The notes under the pieces: generated by a model
The model's database searches: none
Seen by the model: only the letters and a program-made list of their open reading frames with translations
What the model was told of the DNA's origin: nothing
Part shown: positions 1 to 8,086 of the stretch, piece after piece
How positions within the stretch are numbered: the first letter of the stretch is position 1
Layout: every line of letters starts with the position of its first letter
IMG/VR virus record: IMGVR_UViG_3300030012_001538
Span: 1-29,819 of that record
From: a virus
Taxonomy: Duplodnaviria; Caudoviricetes
Strand: one strand, 5' to 3'
DNA: 29,819 nt
Made by a program: the position numbers and the translations under genes

Positions 1-99
1 GTTATTGGGTTCTTAAACTTTTGATTAGTTTCTAACCAAAGCTTTGCAATAGTGCTTCTATTTTTTGAACCTTTTGGTCTTCCGTTAGGGTTTCCACTT
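1..99. repeat. Terminal direct repeat, copy 1 (circular assembly overlap)
   Basis: Bases 1-99 are identical to 29721-29819. The TerS ORF reads in frame across the join. Confidence 0.97.
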
Positions 100-143
100 T
101 CGCCTTTTTTCCAAGCTGGTCTTAAATTTTCTTCATTTGCCAT
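1..143 (-). CDS. terS: Terminase small subunit (DUF5681-like), 5' part; continues across the circular junction
   Basis: ATG at 143, translated by hand as MANEENLRPAWKKGESGNPNGRPKGSKNRSTIAKLWLETNQKFKNPI. The 'KKGxSGNPxGRPKG' motif is typical of TerS/DUF5681. Missed by the ORF track. Confidence 0.85.
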   Translation of the reverse strand, partial: MANEENLRPAWKKGESGNPNGRPKGSKNRSTIAKLWLETNQKFKNPI

Positions 144-168
144 TTGTTCGGTATTTTTTCGGTGTACC

Positions 169-178
169 TATATAACTA
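169..178 (-). promoter_or_regulatory. Putative phage late promoter core TAGTTATATA upstream of terS
   Basis: Exact copy of the 10-mer found before four other late genes. It lies 25 nt upstream of the terS ATG. Confidence 0.65.
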
Positions 179-562
179 CTTTTTATCGTTTTCGTATTCC
201 TTGTAAACACTTCTTAAACGATCCACCATATCACGAACACAACTTGAGCAACTACTTGGTGTGCTTCTTTTATTAAACACACGGTTGTATATTTCTCTTA
301 AGTGTTGTTGTTCGGTTGGGTTTACTGTATTACGTTCTTTGCTAAACCAATCTTTTAACGTTTCGTATTCGTCTTCGTGTAGGCATTGGATGTTTGGGTT
401 GTAAGAAAATAGTTTGTTTAATTTCTTTCTTCTTTCTTCACACCCACAATCCTCACCAGCTACAAACTTAACAAGCTTATCTATGCCAGTTGCTTTAGTT
501 ACTTTTGCGATTGAGTCACCAAGACCTTCGCTTTTCTTTTTTGTTGTTTTCTTTTTTGCCAT
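176..562 (-). CDS. Hypothetical protein with CxC and CxxC (possible Zn-binding)
   Basis: 128 aa ORF with DCGC and CSSC motifs and an A-rich upstream region. Confidence 0.8.
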   Translation of the reverse strand: MAKKKTTKKKSEGLGDSIAKVTKATGIDKLVKFVAGEDCGCEERRKKLNKLFSYNPNIQCLHEDEYETLKDWFSKERNTVNPTEQQHLREIYNRVFNKRSTPSSCSSCVRDMVDRLRSVYKEYENDKK

Positions 563-564
563 TT

Positions 565-681
565 TTATTTAGTTTTAAATTTAAAGATTGCATAACTTAA
601 TAAGATGAATATTAAAGTTACGCTAAAGATATTTAGATGTGGTTCTCCACATAGTCCTAAAAGGTGTTTTATTGATTCCAT
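565..681 (-). CDS. Small putative membrane protein (38 aa), not in the ORF track
   Basis: Hand translation MESIKHLLGLCGEPHLNIFSVTLIFILLSYAIFKFKTK*. It fills the gap between neighbours and has one hydrophobic helix followed by a basic tail. Confidence 0.65.
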   Translation of the reverse strand: MESIKHLLGLCGEPHLNIFSVTLIFILLSYAIFKFKTK

Positions 682-697
682 AGTTTGATTCGTGTTT

Positions 698-1321
698 TTA
701 ACATATTCTTAATTGTGCAGTATGGTTTTCTAACCTTTTAATTGCTGCATCGTAATACTCTTTGTCTAACTCACAAGCAGTTAAGTCATAACCTAAATTG
801 TGACAAGCTATTGCAATACTTCCACTTCCTAAATGCGTGTCAAGTATTTTATCTCCCTCCTTTGCATAATTCATTAAAAGCCATTCATAAAGTTTAACTG
901 GTTTTTGTGTTGGATGTATTCTTACATTGTCAGCACCTAAAAACCCTTTATATCTTATTGGTGCAATTCTCAAAACTTTATTAAAACTGCACCAAGCAAG
1001 TTCTCCGTCTGAAAAATCGCAATCTCCGTTTATACCTTTATCCCAAAAAATATAACATTTACTTGGTCTTAATTTATCAGTAAAATAATTACCTCCCCAA
1101 ATAATTTGGTTTTTAGAAACTCTTTGTAATTCTTTAAAATAATTAACATTAGGTGTTTTATTATCCCACTTTTTACCCTTTTTATATTTCTTATTTTTAC
1201 CACTTCCCATTGTCATTTCTGAAGCGTTTATACCATAAGGAGGGTCTACAATAGCCAAATCAAAATAATTATCTTCATACCTTGACATTAACTCCATATT
1301 ATCTTCGTTAGTTATTTTCAT
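698..1321 (-). CDS. DNA amino-methyltransferase (N6-adenine/N4-cytosine, beta class)
   Basis: Catalytic DPPY near the N-terminus, HPTQKP motif, and SAM-binding motif ILDTHLGSGS near the C-terminus. Confidence 0.93.
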   Translation of the reverse strand: MKITNEDNMELMSRYEDNYFDLAIVDPPYGINASEMTMGSGKNKKYKKGKKWDNKTPNVNYFKELQRVSKNQIIWGGNYFTDKLRPSKCYIFWDKGINGDCDFSDGELAWCSFNKVLRIAPIRYKGFLGADNVRIHPTQKPVKLYEWLLMNYAKEGDKILDTHLGSGSIAIACHNLGYDLTACELDKEYYDAAIKRLENHTAQLRIC

Positions 1322-1322
1322 A

Positions 1323-1481
1323 CTAATTTAATGCTACTTCAAATAATTCTAAAAAGTCTTCTTCATCTAATTGCTTTTGAAAGCAAAATGTTTTAATTGC
1401 TTCTTCACGGCTTTTAGCTTTTATTAAACTAATTGCTTCCTGGTTAATGTCGTTCTTCATATAGAAGTAATATGTTTTCAT
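1323..1481 (-). CDS. Hypothetical protein (52 aa; start revised to MKTYYF)
   Basis: ATG at 1481 overlaps the upstream TGA stop (ATGA coupling). Confidence 0.65.
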   Translation of the reverse strand: MKTYYFYMKNDINQEAISLIKAKSREEAIKTFCFQKQLDEEDFLELFEVALN

Positions 1482-2002
1482 TTTTCTATTTTTATTCTTT
1501 CGTATTCCGTGTTTCTGAAGTCTTGCCAATCTTCACCAACTGCTTCTTTGATCCGTGTTCTACAATTCTTTAATGTTTGCCAAATACTTTTAACACTTAT
1601 TTTGCTTTCTTTAGATAGTTGACGTATGCTTTTACCACTTGATGTATAAACTTCAAATAGCATTTTATCGTACCAATGCCAAGTTTCTATTTCGTCTTGT
1701 ATCTTTTGGTATATTTTGCCATAAGCTATTTCTTTTTCCATTTCGTCTTTATATACTAAATTAATATCTTCCGTGTTTATCTTGTGTTTTTCTTTGTGTA
1801 GTAAGTAAGTGTTTCTTATTGCCCAGTAAATATATATTTTGTTAACTATTCCGTCTTTTAAAAGCTTTTGCAAGTTAGCGTGGTTTATAAGTCGTAAATA
1901 CATTTCTTGAACTATGTCTTCAGCAAATGAACCAGCACCAAGTTTTTTTGCTATCGCAACGTGTTCTTTGTGGTCTTTTGTTATTTGCTTTAACCAATCC
2001 AT
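1478..2002 (-). CDS. Phage sigma-70/ECF-like sigma factor
   Basis: Region-2-like AEDIVQEMYLRL and region-4 HTH SIRQLSKESKISVKSIWQTLKNCRTRIKE. The 174 aa size is typical of ECF sigmas. Confidence 0.8.
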   Translation of the reverse strand: MDWLKQITKDHKEHVAIAKKLGAGSFAEDIVQEMYLRLINHANLQKLLKDGIVNKIYIYWAIRNTYLLHKEKHKINTEDINLVYKDEMEKEIAYGKIYQKIQDEIETWHWYDKMLFEVYTSSGKSIRQLSKESKISVKSIWQTLKNCRTRIKEAVGEDWQDFRNTEYERIKIEK

Positions 2003-2007
2003 TTATC

Positions 2008-2015
2008 CAAAGTTA
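2008..2015 (-). promoter_or_regulatory. Bacteroidota housekeeping-type -7 element (TAACTTTG) for the sigma gene
   Basis: Matches TAnnTTTG. It is 5 nt upstream of the ATG at 2002 and immediately after a terminator. Confidence 0.6.
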
Positions 2016-2045
2016 AAAAAAAAGCAGCACAAATTAATGCGCTGC
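2015..2045 (-). terminator. Intrinsic terminator after the SSB-like gene
   Basis: Minus strand GCAGCGCA-TTAATT-TGTGCTGC followed by a T9 run. Confidence 0.8.
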
Positions 2046-2075
2046 CGTTTTCCTTTTAATAGACACAAGAAACTA

Positions 2076-2777
2076 TTAGAAAGGTAAGTCATCGTCTACT
2101 TCGGTTTTAGAAAAAGCATCATTAAAATCTTCTGCTTTCTTAATGTCTTCTTCTATGTCCTTTTTTATGGTGTTGGCTATTTTTTTTACCTTTTCTGCTA
2201 CTGGTTGTGGTTTGTATGGTTCACTTATTGCCATACTTAAAAACTTTTCACCGTTCTTTGTTTCACGTACCCATAACGCTACTTCTTTGTCTTTTCCGTC
2301 TACGTTCATTTTACCTTTGTAGTCGGGGTGGGTTTCTGCTTTCTTATAATTGTTTTTAAAGATTGCACCCGTGTTTTCTTTTTGTTGCATATTTATTTTT
2401 TTATTTAAATTTATATAACCTATATACTTATTCGTGTTTTGCTTGTTTTTAAATTCCGTTTGTTTTGGTAAAGTTCGCCATTCCCATTTAAAGTTGTACC
2501 CTTGTTCGTCTAAATCCGATACATTAAAAATATAAGTCTTATTATCCATTTTTACAACATACAAAAATACTTTATCGTTTAATTTGCTATATGTTAAATT
2601 GTAAGAATACTTATCAAATTCTATAAAGGTATCACTATAAACTTCAGAACGGTTTTTTATTTCAACTATGTAATTGTCATTAAAAGCATCAAACCTACTA
2701 TAAGTGTTTTCTTCTTCTTTCAAATTAAATCCTTGCTGGTTTAATTCTTCTAACACTTCACGTTGTTCGCTTTTCAT
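2076..2777 (-). CDS. In-frame fusion: PD-(D/E)XK-like nuclease domain plus SSB-like/DUF736-like domain (internal start at 2390)
   Basis: The N-half has SRFDA...IVEIKNR (nuclease D...ExK). The C-half MQQKENTGAIFKN..HPDYKG..ALW ends in the acidic SSB-type tail DDDLPF. Confidence 0.7.
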   Translation of the reverse strand: MKSEQREVLEELNQQGFNLKEEENTYSRFDAFNDNYIVEIKNRSEVYSDTFIEFDKYSYNLTYSKLNDKVFLYVVKMDNKTYIFNVSDLDEQGYNFKWEWRTLPKQTEFKNKQNTNKYIGYINLNKKINMQQKENTGAIFKNNYKKAETHPDYKGKMNVDGKDKEVALWVRETKNGEKFLSMAISEPYKPQPVAEKVKKIANTIKKDIEEDIKKAEDFNDAFSKTEVDDDLPF

Positions 2778-3460
2778 TGTTCAACGTTTATAGTTAGCTT
2801 TTCTTTTAGTTCTTCGTAGTATTCACGACATTCTTCTATTCGTGTTTTTATAGCTTGGATCACTTCCTTATCATAGTCTACACGAAACAACTTTACACGG
2901 TTTTCTTTAGGTATGTGACTAAATTGGTGTTTGCTTTGTACATAGTCCCGAACTTCTAAACACTCATCTATCTTTTGTTGCTTCCAATGTTCTCGCCGTA
3001 TTTCGTCTTCTACTATTTGTTGTGGTGTGTCAACAAGGCAATAAGCAATGTAAGCTTTGCGTTTTCCAGTTAGCCACATATAACCTTGCACTTGATAGAA
3101 GTAGTCTTTGTTTGGTAGTTTATCTTCAAACATCGGAAACGTTGAAGCATCCCAACTACTTTTTATATCTACTACGACGTCGGTTATTATATCGGGTTCA
3201 CCAGTAATATATTTGTTTGTAAACCTTTCTTCGTTTTTATACATAAAGCCAAAGTCTAAAACTTCATTGCATAATGAAATACTATGTTGTTCTACTTCGT
3301 TACCCTTGTCGGTGTACCTTGACCAAAATTCGTTTTTTATTCCAAATTCGTCTTCGAGTAGTGTTTGCTTTACGTAGCTTTTTGCCGTTTGACTTAACAC
3401 TTCTTTTTTAGAACGTGCGTTAGTCATTATTTTCCCAAGTGATGAACATCTTACTAACAT
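2774..3460 (-). CDS. YqaJ/lambda-exonuclease family recombination exonuclease
   Basis: RCSSLG, KGNEVE, GEPD...DIKSS and YQVQGYMWLTG motifs; adjacent to ERF. Confidence 0.85.
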   Translation of the reverse strand: MLVRCSSLGKIMTNARSKKEVLSQTAKSYVKQTLLEDEFGIKNEFWSRYTDKGNEVEQHSISLCNEVLDFGFMYKNEERFTNKYITGEPDIITDVVVDIKSSWDASTFPMFEDKLPNKDYFYQVQGYMWLTGKRKAYIAYCLVDTPQQIVEDEIRREHWKQQKIDECLEVRDYVQSKHQFSHIPKENRVKLFRVDYDKEVIQAIKTRIEECREYYEELKEKLTINVEQ

Positions 3461-4029
3461 AATTCTAAAGTTTGTTTTTGTTTATTACTTAAAGAATATT
3501 TTGCTACAAGTTGTTCTTTCTTGTATGAACCTTTTTTAATTGCATCTATGGCTTTGAAAAAAGCACCTTCGTTTAATGTAGGTTTAACTTGTTCGCCACT
3601 TGCATCCGTGTCTTTGTCGGTTATAATACCTAACAACGAAGAAAGTGCGTAACGTCTAAAATATGTTATTGCCGAACCATAAACCTGGAAAGCATTCATA
3701 CCTTTTAGCTGAACGTCTTGTGGAATATCTGCACAACTTTCGATAGTGTCGCCACTTTTTGTGTGGAATAATATAGTGCGTAGTTGTGTGCCATCTATTA
3801 ATTGTGTAAAACCTAAATTGTGTTTTTTCAATAGTGGGTTTATTACACTAAAAATTGTTGGTAAGTCGGCATAAGAATAGCCGTAGCCTTTTGTTCCTTT
3901 GTGGATAACTTGACATTCTTGCTGGAACGCTGCCAAGCTTTTGTAGATGTTTTCTTTTGGTAAACCTTTTTTTAAGATGGTTTCTTCTTCTTGTGCATAT
4001 TCTAATGCACGTTTACTTGATGTACTCAT
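3454..4029 (-). CDS. erf: ERF-family single-strand annealing protein
   Basis: YSYADL and the ERF signature GSAITYFRRYALSSLLGI..DKDTD. Confidence 0.9.
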   Translation of the reverse strand: MSTSSKRALEYAQEEETILKKGLPKENIYKSLAAFQQECQVIHKGTKGYGYSYADLPTIFSVINPLLKKHNLGFTQLIDGTQLRTILFHTKSGDTIESCADIPQDVQLKGMNAFQVYGSAITYFRRYALSSLLGIITDKDTDASGEQVKPTLNEGAFFKAIDAIKKGSYKKEQLVAKYSLSNKQKQTLELC

Positions 4030-4061
4030 ATTTACTTGTGTTTTTAAATTAATAGTTAAAG

Positions 4062-4592
4062 TTAAGAATTATTTTCAATTTCTTTACATTTTTGTTTATA
4101 AAGTTTTATAATATCTTTTAGTTCGTCTTTTTCCCACTTCTTCATTTTCTTGCTTTGCTTTTCTAAATCTTCAAATTCCTTTAAACCAATTTTTGTTAGT
4201 AGCCTTATGTGGTATTGATACAAGTTGCCGTGTTCCCATTGGTTACAATAAACGCATTGTGCGTGAATGTTTCTTACATCAAAACGAACTGAACCGTGAC
4301 CACCAGCACTAAAGAAGTGACCAGCGTCAAACTTACCAGTTAAAGGTGCATCGCAACTTATACAATTTTTATCTTTATCACGTAGCCTTACAAATTTGTT
4401 TACCCACTTTTGTGCTTCTTTTACATAGTCGCTTGTGGTTCGTAGTTCTTCTTTCATTCGTCTTTTTTTTGCTTTCCATTGTACTTGTTTGGCTTTCTTG
4501 ATCCATACATCCATACATTCTTTTTTTGTACAATACTTTTGGTTAAAGTGTATTGCTTCAAACTTTTCTTTGCAATGTTTACAACGTGGCAT
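4062..4592 (-). CDS. ninG: NinG/Rap-family recombination endonuclease
   Basis: N-terminal CxxC, VRLRD, CISC, DAGHF and NIHAQCVYCN motifs. Confidence 0.9.
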   Translation of the reverse strand: MPRCKHCKEKFEAIHFNQKYCTKKECMDVWIKKAKQVQWKAKKRRMKEELRTTSDYVKEAQKWVNKFVRLRDKDKNCISCDAPLTGKFDAGHFFSAGGHGSVRFDVRNIHAQCVYCNQWEHGNLYQYHIRLLTKIGLKEFEDLEKQSKKMKKWEKDELKDIIKLYKQKCKEIENNS

Positions 4593-4872
4593 CGTTTAAT
4601 AAATTTTCAATGGTTTGTTTATATTTCGTGTTTTGTTCTTGCAGTTCTAATAGTAACCTATTTTGGCTAAATAGTTGGCTTGACATTGCCATAACTTTTA
4701 AATCTAACCTATGCAAAATTGTGTTAGCATATTCAAGTTCTTGTAAACTATCTTTTTGGTTTCTTATTAATTCTTTTTTGTGGGGTGTTTTAGCTTCTAA
4801 TTCTTCAAGGGTTAACCTTGCTCTTAAAGTTACTTTGTTTAATCCTACTTTTGCGTTTATTACTTCTATCAT
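4579..4872 (-). CDS. Hypothetical coiled-coil protein
   Basis: 97 aa ORF overlapping both neighbours, with Leu heptads. Confidence 0.75.
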   Translation of the reverse strand: MIEVINAKVGLNKVTLRARLTLEELEAKTPHKKELIRNQKDSLQELEYANTILHRLDLKVMAMSSQLFSQNRLLLELQEQNTKYKQTIENLLNDATL

Positions 4873-5030
4873 TTTTCTTTAATTATAATATATTTTTCTA
4901 ACTTTTTTAAAGCTATTATTATTTCATCATCACTTAAATTAAATTTAGTGTGATTAAAAGCATATTCAAATAACCTTATTAAGTCTAACACTTCTTTATT
5001 GTTTTCGTCTATATAGTTAAATCTTTTCAT
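4869..5030 (-). CDS. Hypothetical protein (53 aa; start revised to MKRFNY)
   Basis: ATG at 5030 lies just downstream of the stop of the preceding gene, behind an A-rich leader. Confidence 0.6.
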   Translation of the reverse strand: MKRFNYIDENNKEVLDLIRLFEYAFNHTKFNLSDDEIIIALKKLEKYIIIKEK

Positions 5031-5043
5031 TTGTTTCGTGTTT

Positions 5044-5907
5044 TTATAGCCCACAAGAACCACTATCGCAACCATTAAAGTCATCATCAAACAATTCAAT
5101 TTGTGTTTTGTAATTTTTTATTTGTTCATAAGTTAATTTTTTCATTAACCAAGTTCTTCCTTTATAATCTTTCATAGATTTTTTTTCTTGTTCAATAAAC
5201 CAATTAAATTTATTAGGATGCTTTAAAGATTGATGTTTTAAAAATAAAGGTTCAGCGTGAAAACAACCTATGCAATTGTTGTTAAAAGCAAATCTAACCT
5301 TTTTGTTTTTCCAAAACTCTACAATATTATCTTTAAAAATTGCATCTTCAATTAAAGGAAAAGTAGGTTTTCTCCATTCTATTTCTTTCCATTTGTTATT
5401 TCCATTTTTACTTTTACCTATTTTAAATTTATTAGATTGTAATCCATTTTTATTTGTTTTTTCTTGCATTGTTTTTGCTCTACGCATTTCGTTTGCTCTA
5501 AAACCAATTCGCATTTCTATTGGTGTGCTTATGTTTTTATACCACCATTCTGCAATAGGTATTATTTTCATTTCTTGCGTACATATACGCCTATTAGCTT
5601 GTGGTATAAAAGTTTTTCCGTTTTTTTTTTTATTTATTTCATCAAATGTTTTTCCACTAACCCAACTAATTTCTTGACCTATAAATTGTTCTAAATCAAG
5701 TATAGTGTGAATTATCATATCGTCTTCTAAAGTTCCAATAAATTCTTTGCCTATTTTATCACTAACTACTTGCCTTAATTTAGCATCGGGAAACATACAC
5801 TTTTTATCGTCAGTTCTTACAAGTGCAAAAACATTATAGTCTGCTGGGTAGTTTGCTGCTATGTAAGCACTTGTTTTACCACCACTTATTGAATTAACTG
5901 TTTTCAT
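5044..5907 (-). CDS. PAPS-reductase-like (adenine nucleotide alpha-hydrolase) protein with Cys clusters
   Basis: PP-loop SISGGKTS, RICT, IGFRANE, NCIGCF and C-terminal CDSGSCG. Confidence 0.8.
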   Translation of the reverse strand: MKTVNSISGGKTSAYIAANYPADYNVFALVRTDDKKCMFPDAKLRQVVSDKIGKEFIGTLEDDMIIHTILDLEQFIGQEISWVSGKTFDEINKKKNGKTFIPQANRRICTQEMKIIPIAEWWYKNISTPIEMRIGFRANEMRRAKTMQEKTNKNGLQSNKFKIGKSKNGNNKWKEIEWRKPTFPLIEDAIFKDNIVEFWKNKKVRFAFNNNCIGCFHAEPLFLKHQSLKHPNKFNWFIEQEKKSMKDYKGRTWLMKKLTYEQIKNYKTQIELFDDDFNGCDSGSCGL

Positions 5908-6788
5908 TATAATCGTGTTTGTGTTGTTTTAAATCTATAATCTTTTAAGTTGTCTACACCTTGTGTTGTAAATCCTAAACCATTGTTAAAATTAAATAAT
6001 AATGGCATATTTAATTCAGTTAGTTGCCCACCAGTTTCTTTGTCTTTTATCTTTTCAATGCTTACCATCGTTTCATATTTCATTGTTTGATGTGCTACTA
6101 AACGGTGTACAATAAATAAATCGTCACATCTATTTAAAAAGCTTTTACCACCTTCAATATGTGCTTTCATTGGTGCTTTTAAGTGACCTTTCCATTCGTG
6201 GTTTTCGGGGTAAACATTTCCAGCACGACCACTTTCACTTGTTGGATGGCTTGATACATACAACGTTTTTTTCGTGTTGTTGCAAAATTGTCTTGCACCG
6301 TTTAAAAATTCATAGTTGCCTTCGTATGTCATCTTTCTATCTAAACCCGTAAATGGATCAATAAAACAAACGTCAGCATCTTCGCTTTCAAATATTAAAA
6401 ATAGTTCTTCGGGTTTGTAAAGTTTTCTATTATCTACAAACGTAAAAAATTGGCTTAAAAAATTATATGCACTTCTTATAGTTTGTAAAGGTATTTTTTT
6501 AAAATGTTCACCAACATACATTTGTATTAAATCACGCATTATTTGACCACTTGAATTTTCACCAGACCAAATACAAAAAGTTTTGTTGTTTATAATTGCG
6601 TGTGAAAGCATATAATAAGTGAAGAAGAAAGTTTTACCTACGTTGTCGTGTCCAAGTAAGATATTTAACTGTCCGTGTTTTAAACGTAAATAGTTATCCA
6701 AAACATTTCCAATGCCTAAACCAGCTTTTATTTTACCGTTTCGGTAGTTTTCTAAATAGGTTAATTCACTACCTTTATTTATTAGCAT
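5907..6788 (-). CDS. DnaB-like (SF4/RecA-fold) replicative helicase
   Basis: Walker A GHDNVGKT, SGEN, Walker B CFIDPF and SSHP motifs; follows the initiator gene. Confidence 0.8.
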   Translation of the reverse strand: MLINKGSELTYLENYRNGKIKAGLGIGNVLDNYLRLKHGQLNILLGHDNVGKTFFFTYYMLSHAIINNKTFCIWSGENSSGQIMRDLIQMYVGEHFKKIPLQTIRSAYNFLSQFFTFVDNRKLYKPEELFLIFESEDADVCFIDPFTGLDRKMTYEGNYEFLNGARQFCNNTKKTLYVSSHPTSESGRAGNVYPENHEWKGHLKAPMKAHIEGGKSFLNRCDDLFIVHRLVAHQTMKYETMVSIEKIKDKETGGQLTELNMPLLFNFNNGLGFTTQGVDNLKDYRFKTTQTRL

Positions 6789-7338
6789 TGATTTGTTTTT
6801 TAACGTGGTTTAATAATTCATCGTCAGCAGAACTTGCACTTGTGTTTTCTTTTGCCAACCAATTTCGAGCAGTTAAATATAAGCTTTTATATTTTTTATT
6901 TCCATTGTAGTTTTCAATAGCATCTAAAACACGGTCAATTTGTTCAGTAGAATACAACTTATTTAACTTATTAAATTCTTCTTTAGAAATACTTAAATGA
7001 TTAAATGCCCTATATATATTTATTACATTATCATTAACATTTACATTAACAGCTAATTTTGCTACCTTTTGTTTAGCATTGGTAGCTTTTGCTAAACCAC
7101 CTAAACGACCAGCTTCAGCACGTTTTGTTTTCGTGTTTTTCCATCTATCTAAATCACGTTTAAGTTGTTGTTTAATAGGTTCAAATGCAATTTCTAAAAG
7201 CATATCGTTTGTTGTTGGTTCTTCGTCGTTAACGTAACTTAAAATGTGCTTAAATAGTTTACCAGCGTATTCATCTGAAAGCTTATTAACCGTTGTATTT
7301 ATGTCAGCGTATAAAATAAAACCTTTCTTATTTTTCAT
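6775..7338 (-). CDS. DUF6291-type replication initiator/replisome organiser
   Basis: N-terminal KKGFILY..LSDEYAGKLFKHIL.Y, RAEAGRLGG, and a VNVNVNDNV linker; lies upstream of the helicase. Confidence 0.75.
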   Translation of the reverse strand: MKNKKGFILYADINTTVNKLSDEYAGKLFKHILSYVNDEEPTTNDMLLEIAFEPIKQQLKRDLDRWKNTKTKRAEAGRLGGLAKATNAKQKVAKLAVNVNVNDNVINIYRAFNHLSISKEEFNKLNKLYSTEQIDRVLDAIENYNGNKKYKSLYLTARNWLAKENTSASSADDELLNHVKKQINANK

Positions 7339-7715
7339 ATTGTAACCTCGTTAAATGCGTTAATTTTTTCTATTATTACATCTAATTTTTGCTGAACGTC
7401 TTTTACGTTTTTAATAACTTCTAACCGTTTTAAATCCGTGTTATTGTTGTTTAGATATTCACGAAGTTGTTCCGTGTTTTTAACGTAATTAGTTTTCTTT
7501 AAAACGCTATCTTGTTTGCTCTTACGAACACCATAAAGTACGTTTGGGTGCGTAGTGTTAAAAAGCTTTGCAATTTGTTTTAAAGTGTAGCCGTGTTCGT
7601 TTAAATATCTATAAAATAAAAAACGGTTGTCGGTTACAATTGGCTTTCTTGATTTCTTGGTTAAGTTAAAAAGCGTGATAATTTCTGCTGCTTCTTTTTC
7701 TTTTATCTTTTCCAT
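7335..7715 (-). CDS. HTH protein resembling the DnaA C-terminal DNA-binding domain
   Basis: TLKQIAKLFNTTHPNVLYGVRK resembles the DnaA domain IV pattern SLxxIGxxFxxDHTTVxHAxxK. Confidence 0.65.
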   Translation of the reverse strand: MEKIKEKEAAEIITLFNLTKKSRKPIVTDNRFLFYRYLNEHGYTLKQIAKLFNTTHPNVLYGVRKSKQDSVLKKTNYVKNTEQLREYLNNNNTDLKRLEVIKNVKDVQQKLDVIIEKINAFNEVTI

Positions 7716-7795
7716 AAGTATTTACTTGTATTTGTGTTTAAGTTGATAAATGTATTTTAAATTTTTGTGTTTTAAAAATTAGTATTATAAAATTA

Positions 7796-8086
7796 CTATT
7801 TCGTTTTTTTGTGGGATGGAGACTTTATTTTATAAATTGCGTGTCTATTATCGATTTGCTGGTTTCGTATCTTATCGAACCACGCACTTGCAGCAGATTC
7901 CAAATTTTGCTTTGTGGAAGTGTTTGGTTCTCCAGTTGATAAAAGTTCTATTTTTTTAATTAAACTTTTGTGGCGATCCAACTTAATAATTGCTTCTTCT
8001 TTTGTTTCGGCTTTTATTATGCTATAAACTTTTCGCCACGTTAAAGTGTGGTCACGTTCTTTATGCGTTATTTTGTATGTATTCAT
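7796..8086 (-). CDS. Hypothetical protein (start revised to MNTYKI)
   Basis: ATG at 8086 is coupled (ATGA) to the stop of the C5 MTase. Confidence 0.7.
   Translation of the reverse strand: MNTYKITHKERDHTLTWRKVYSIIKAETKEEAIIKLDRHKSLIKKIELLSTGEPNTSTKQNLESAASAWFDKIRNQQIDNRHAIYKIKSPSHKKTK

Noticed and set aside
698-2777. DPPY MTase plus PD-(D/E)XK domain as a type II restriction-modification pair
   Set aside because: They are not adjacent, are separated by a terminator and the sigma gene, and the nuclease is small and SSB-fused. No evidence links their specificities.
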